From Acidobacteriota bacterium (GTDB lineage Bacteria > Acidobacteriota > UBA890 > WLXD01), in contig CBDBHB010000009.1 of NCBI GenBank assembly GCA_965205505.1, positions 192,001-256,000 of the forward strand: a stretch of DNA of 64,000 nucleotides, given 5' to 3'. This document shows positions 60,150 through 64,000 of this stretch, piece by piece. The notes below the pieces were generated by a model, which was not told the DNA's origin, made no database searches, and saw only the letters and a program-made list of their open reading frames with translations. Position numbers and translations under genes: made by a program. Positions within the stretch are counted from its first letter, which is position 1; each line of letters begins with the position of its first letter.

Positions 60150-61532
60150 CTCTTGGTGCAACTCTTTGCTACAACGCTCATCTTCGGGGTCAGCTCAATA
60201 AACCTATCGGTGACCCCTCCGCCGCAGATTTCGCCACCCCAATCGGTTAACACTCAGTCTCGGACGGAAGGCGAGTCGTTACGCGAATGCTCGCTGTGGC
60301 TTGAGTCGATGTCAAGAAAAACAAGCGCCGGACAGACTATCGTGACAGCGTCGGCCGCCACGTCCGCGCCCTCGGAAGTGGTCACGGTGCCAATTACTCC
60401 CGCTGACGAAGTCAGCCTCACTGGCATTAGTAAGGTGGTCTGTGTGCGGCCGGAGACAGTGACGGACGTCGAGTCGGCTGATGATCCCCCGGAACAAACC
60501 GCAAGCAACAGCAATCAGTCGATTAGCTTCACTGGTTTGCTGGATACGTATTTGACGTACAACACCAACGATCCAAACAACGGCCAGAACACACTCTATT
60601 ACACTAACCCGAGTTCGCGTGGTTTCGGTCTCAATCAGGTCAAGCTCGAAATCGACGCATCAAGTGGCGGCCCTATCGGTTTTCGTTCCGACATCTGGTT
60701 CGGTTCGGGTGCCCGTCTATTTCGCGATGGTCTAGAGCCAGGACCATTGGAGGATGTAATCAACTTGCAACAGGCTTATGGCTATTACAAGTTCGGCAAC
60801 GGTGCCGAGCTTGCCGTTGGTTTGTTCGGCACGATCGCTGGTCTCGAGGTCCCAGAATCGCACTTGAATTGGAACTACACTCGCGGCATTCTGTGGGCTT
60901 GGAACGAGCCCTTCTCGCACGTCGGTGCGAAAGTCAGAGTGCCCCTGAGCGACGCTTTTTCGGCCACTTTCATGCTCGTGAACGGCTTCGATAACGCATT
61001 CGATCAAAACTCTGGCAAGTCCTACGGCGTGCAGGGCTCGTTTGCGCCGAGCGACCGGTTTAGTACAACCCTCACCTGGATCCATGGTCCCGAGAACGAT
61101 CTGACCAACGACGGTTGGCTCAAGAACTTGAGCTGGAACGCTTACGGCCGTCTCCACGATCGGTTCGAGGGAGCGGTGAACCTTGACTATGTCCAAGCCG
61201 ACGATCCGGCTGGTGTGAGCTCCACATCTTGGGGAATGGGCGGATATACCCGCGTTCATCTTTCAGATCAGGTCCGCATTGCGAATCGCTTCGAGTTCCT
61301 TAACGATCAGGAAGCTCGTTCGACGGGTATCGAGCAGACCCTGAAGGAATACACGTTTACGTTTGAAGTGCAGCCGGTAAAGGATAATCCGCGCTTCCTA
61401 ACGCGATTTGAATATCGCCGTGACTGGTCGGATGTTGCCTTCTTCGGATGCACTGGCTGCGGCGCATCCGGTCTGAAGACCAACCAAAACACCTTCACGA
61501 TCGGCATGATGTGGAGATTTGGGAAGGTCTGA
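60150..61532 (+). CDS. Outer-membrane beta-barrel porin (BBP2/OmpL-like); start uncertain
   Basis: DTYLTYN, QQAY, GLFGTIAGLE, NWNYTRG, PFSHVG, RFEYRRD; hydrophobic leader near 60155. Confidence 0.75.
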   Translation, partial: LLVQLFATTLIFGVSSINLSVTPPPQISPPQSVNTQSRTEGESLRECSLWLESMSRKTSAGQTIVTASAATSAPSEVVTVPITPADEVSLTGISKVVCVRPETVTDVESADDPPEQTASNSNQSISFTGLLDTYLTYNTNDPNNGQNTLYYTNPSSRGFGLNQVKLEIDASSGGPIGFRSDIWFGSGARLFRDGLEPGPLEDVINLQQAYGYYKFGNGAELAVGLFGTIAGLEVPESHLNWNYTRGILWAWNEPFSHVGAKVRVPLSDAFSATFMLVNGFDNAFDQNSGKSYGVQGSFAPSDRFSTTLTWIHGPENDLTNDGWLKNLSWNAYGRLHDRFEGAVNLDYVQADDPAGVSSTSWGMGGYTRVHLSDQVRIANRFEFLNDQEARSTGIEQTLKEYTFTFEVQPVKDNPRFLTRFEYRRDWSDVAFFGCTGCGASGLKTNQNTFTIGMMWRFGKV

Positions 61533-61689
61533 TCAATAAGCTCGGCAGCGATGACGCAACCTGGTTCGGAAGCATCGGTGGGAGCATTGTTATGGGGGAT
61601 GTCCCACCGTCCGTTGAACTAAGGCGACGGTGCAGGTCGGGGAGACGATTCTCATGCACTCTGGCGTTGTTTCTCGAGGGTGATCCCAA

Positions 61690-62617
61690 GGTCACGTCCC
61701 GTCAAGTGGTGTACGAAGGTCACTGAGTCGATCCGTACTCATGCACTGATGGCGAGCAGATCCTCCTGTTCGGTTTCGATAGGGACGGGAAAGATGGACT
61801 CGGCAACGACCTCGAGGCTCATGTAGCGACGGGAGACGGCCCATTCGTCGTTCTGCTCGGCGAGCACGGCGCCGACCAGGGGGATCAGCGCCGATCGATT
61901 CGGGAAGCTCCCGACCACATCGGGTGCGTGGACGGACTTCCTTGTTGAGCCTTTCGAGCGGGTTGTTAGACCAGATCTGGCGCCACACGGGCTTGGGGAA
62001 GGCACTGGACGCCAAGAGCTATTCGCGGGCATTGCCGAGCAGCTCGGCCGCCTGTGGGAACCGTGTCTCGAGATGCTCGAGGACCTAGTCGAACTGAGCG
62101 TGGGTGCTCTCGGCATCTGGCTGCGCGAAGATCGAGCGCACTAGCGTGGCCACGGCCTGTTGCGCGGCCTTGGGCACCTTGGCCAGCAGGTTCACCATGA
62201 AGTGCGTCCTGCGCCGTTGCCAGCCTGGATCCAGGCAACGCTGCTCCGATCGCCCCCTTGAGCCCTTCGTGGGCGTCTGAGATCGCCAACTCCACGCCGC
62301 TCAGGCCCCGGCTCACCAGCGAGCGCAGGAACGCCAGCCATCCAGCGCCGTCCTCGGAGGTGATCACGTCCACGCCGAGCACCTCTCGGTACCCGGCGCC
62401 GTTGACCCCGATCGCCATCACCGCGGTGACATTGACCACTCGGCCACCCTCGCGGCTCTTGATCTGCATCGCGTCCAGCCACACGAACGGGTACGGGCCC
62501 GTGTCCAGAGTGCGGTTCCGGAAAGCGTCGACGCTCTCGTCCAGGCTCTTGGCCATCTCCGATACCCGCGACTTGGAGATTCCATCCAGACCCATCGTCT
62601 TGACCAGCTTGTCGACC
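61690..62617 (-). mobile_element. IS256 family element remnant, degraded and 5'-truncated by IS3
   Basis: GISKSRVS, WLDA, ISDAHEGL, SNNPLERLNKE, FPNR; frameshifts and a TAG near 62086; end tacaccacttgacgggacgtgac. Confidence 0.88.
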
Positions 62618-62684
62618 AGAGGTGGACCCCGAAATTCGGACAGCTTGCTAAGGTGGAATCCAGACCAAGGAGAAGGAGTCTGGA

Positions 62685-62969
62685 ATGCCACGGAAGAGAC
62701 GAAGTTATCCTGCTGAGCTGAAGGCGAAGGTCGCTTTGGAGGCGCTTCGGGAGGAAGCGACGATGGCGGAGCTGGCAGCCCGCTACGATGTGCATCCGAA
62801 CCTGATCGCCAACTGGAAGAAGAAGGCTCGGCAGAAGGTACTGGCCGGCTTCTCGGGCAAGCAAGAGCGGGATGAGGTCTCTCGGGAGGCGGAGATCAAG
62901 GAGCTGCGGGCGAAGATCGGAGAGCTCGTCATCGAGCGGGATTTTTTATCCAAGGTCTTCGGTCGTTGA
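62685..62969 (+). CDS. IS3 transposase OrfA
   Basis: KAKVALEAL, HPNLIANWKK, IGELVIERDFL. Confidence 0.9.
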   Translation: MPRKRRSYPAELKAKVALEALREEATMAELAARYDVHPNLIANWKKKARQKVLAGFSGKQERDEVSREAEIKELRAKIGELVIERDFLSKVFGR

Positions 62970-63853
62970 GCCGCGGCCGGAGAGTAGCGATGGTTGATCG
63001 CGACCACGCACGGGTCAGCATCGCGCGACAGTGCTGCTTGGTGTCGATCGCGCGCTCGTCGTTCTACTACGAGGGCAAGGGCGAGAGCCCGTTGAACCTG
63101 CGCCTGATGCGGTTGATCGACGAGCAGTTTTTGGAGACGCCGTTCTACGGCTCCCGTCAGATGAAACGCTGGCTACGTCGTCAGGGCTACACGGTCTCTC
63201 GCAAGCGGGTGCGCCGCCTGATGCGGCTGCTGCGGTTGCAAGCTATCTTCCAGCGGCCCAGGACGTCTCAGCCGCACCCGGAGCACAGGATCTATCCCTA
63301 CCTGCTGGGCGATCTGCAGATCACGCGACCGAACCACGTTTGGTGTGCGGATGTGACCTACATCCCGCTGCAGCGAGGTTTTCTGTACCTGGTTGCGGTG
63401 ATGGACTGGGCGAGCCGCAAGGTGCTGTCCTGGCGCCTGTCCAACACGCTCGATGCGAGCTTCTGCGTCGAGGCCTTGCAAGAGGCTCTCGAGCGCTACG
63501 GTGCGCCCGAGATCTTCAACACTGATCAGGGTAGCCAATTCACCAGCGTCGACTTCACCGACGCGCTCAAGGAGGCCGGCATTCGGATCTCCATGGACGG
63601 CACGGGCCGCTGGATGGACAACGTCTTCATCGAGCGGCTGTGGCGATCACTGAAATACGAGCAAGTCTATCTGTCAGAGTACGCGACTGGCTCCGAGGCT
63701 CGGGCCGGGATCGGCTGCTGGATGGACTTCTACAACGAGCGCCGACCGCACTCGTCGCTCGACGACCGGACGCCCGAGGAGGCGTACACTGACGACGGGG
63801 CTGAAAGGAGCCTGGGGCTACGCCCCGTCTCCTGTCAGCCCAAGGCAGCCTGA
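62966..63853 (+). CDS. IS3 transposase OrfB (DDE), -1 frame relative to OrfA
   Basis: WCADVTY, NTDQGSQF, DNVFIERLWRSLKYE, YN..RPHSSL. Confidence 0.92.
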   Translation: MSRGRRVAMVDRDHARVSIARQCCLVSIARSSFYYEGKGESPLNLRLMRLIDEQFLETPFYGSRQMKRWLRRQGYTVSRKRVRRLMRLLRLQAIFQRPRTSQPHPEHRIYPYLLGDLQITRPNHVWCADVTYIPLQRGFLYLVAVMDWASRKVLSWRLSNTLDASFCVEALQEALERYGAPEIFNTDQGSQFTSVDFTDALKEAGIRISMDGTGRWMDNVFIERLWRSLKYEQVYLSEYATGSEARAGIGCWMDFYNERRPHSSLDDRTPEEAYTDDGAERSLGLRPVSCQPKAA

Positions 63854-63923
63854 ATCATGAACCCGGATTCCACCTTAGCTGTGACCCAAACCTGTCCAAA
63901 GGATGGGGTCCACCTCTGTCACC

Positions 63924-64000
63924 GCCGAGCGCGACGTGCAACCAGACGCCTTCGGCTCCATCCCGGCCGCGCTGTGGTGGTCCGTCGTCACTCTGACGAC
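63924..64000 (+). pseudogene. Second K+ channel copy, cut by IS3 and by the window end
   Basis: AERDVQPDAFGSIPAALWWSVVTLT; 70 of 77 nt match the reverse complement of 58924-59000. Confidence 0.8.

Larger units (their letters stand above)
62618..63917 (+). mobile_element. Apparently complete 1300-bp IS3 family element
   Basis: Inverted repeats agaggtggacccc / ggggtccacctct; orfA and orfB; slippery GGATTTTTTA near 62939. Confidence 0.92.

Noticed and set aside
59832-61532. 566-aa novel fusion protein
   Set aside because: An unrelated gene fragment happens to be in frame with the porin; there is no signal peptide at 59832

Overview
High-GC bacterial window. Three PadR + duplicated-permease (ADOP-type) modules point to Acidobacteriota or a similar lineage (inference). 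Intact housekeeping and metabolic genes include fabI, ndh, msrA, glpQ, two TrmH methylases, a ZIP transporter and a VIT-vWA/ECF sigma/anti-sigma locus. They are interleaved with many decaying genes: nonsense mutations, frameshifts and deletion scars that keep only gene ends. Best candidate for a new system: a CstB-like persulfide dioxygenase-rhodanese gene (31129-32541, minus strand). It has an in-frame TGA at the conserved GSxCG cysteine position, followed by an E. coli-type SECIS-like hairpin, so it is a probable selenoprotein that the ORF track splits in two. Other points: a decayed outer-membrane receptor/YfiR/hybrid kinase/GGDEF-EAL signalling operon, small genes missing from the ORF track (ribosomal protein bTHX, a 49-aa membrane protein, an NTase partner), a CTAG-bounded MITE-like repeat family, and a tRNA-Leu(CAG) 3' half marking the edge of an island with IS256, IS3, an HsdR-N nuclease, a K+ channel and a porin. 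All family calls come from motif recognition by eye; no searches were run.
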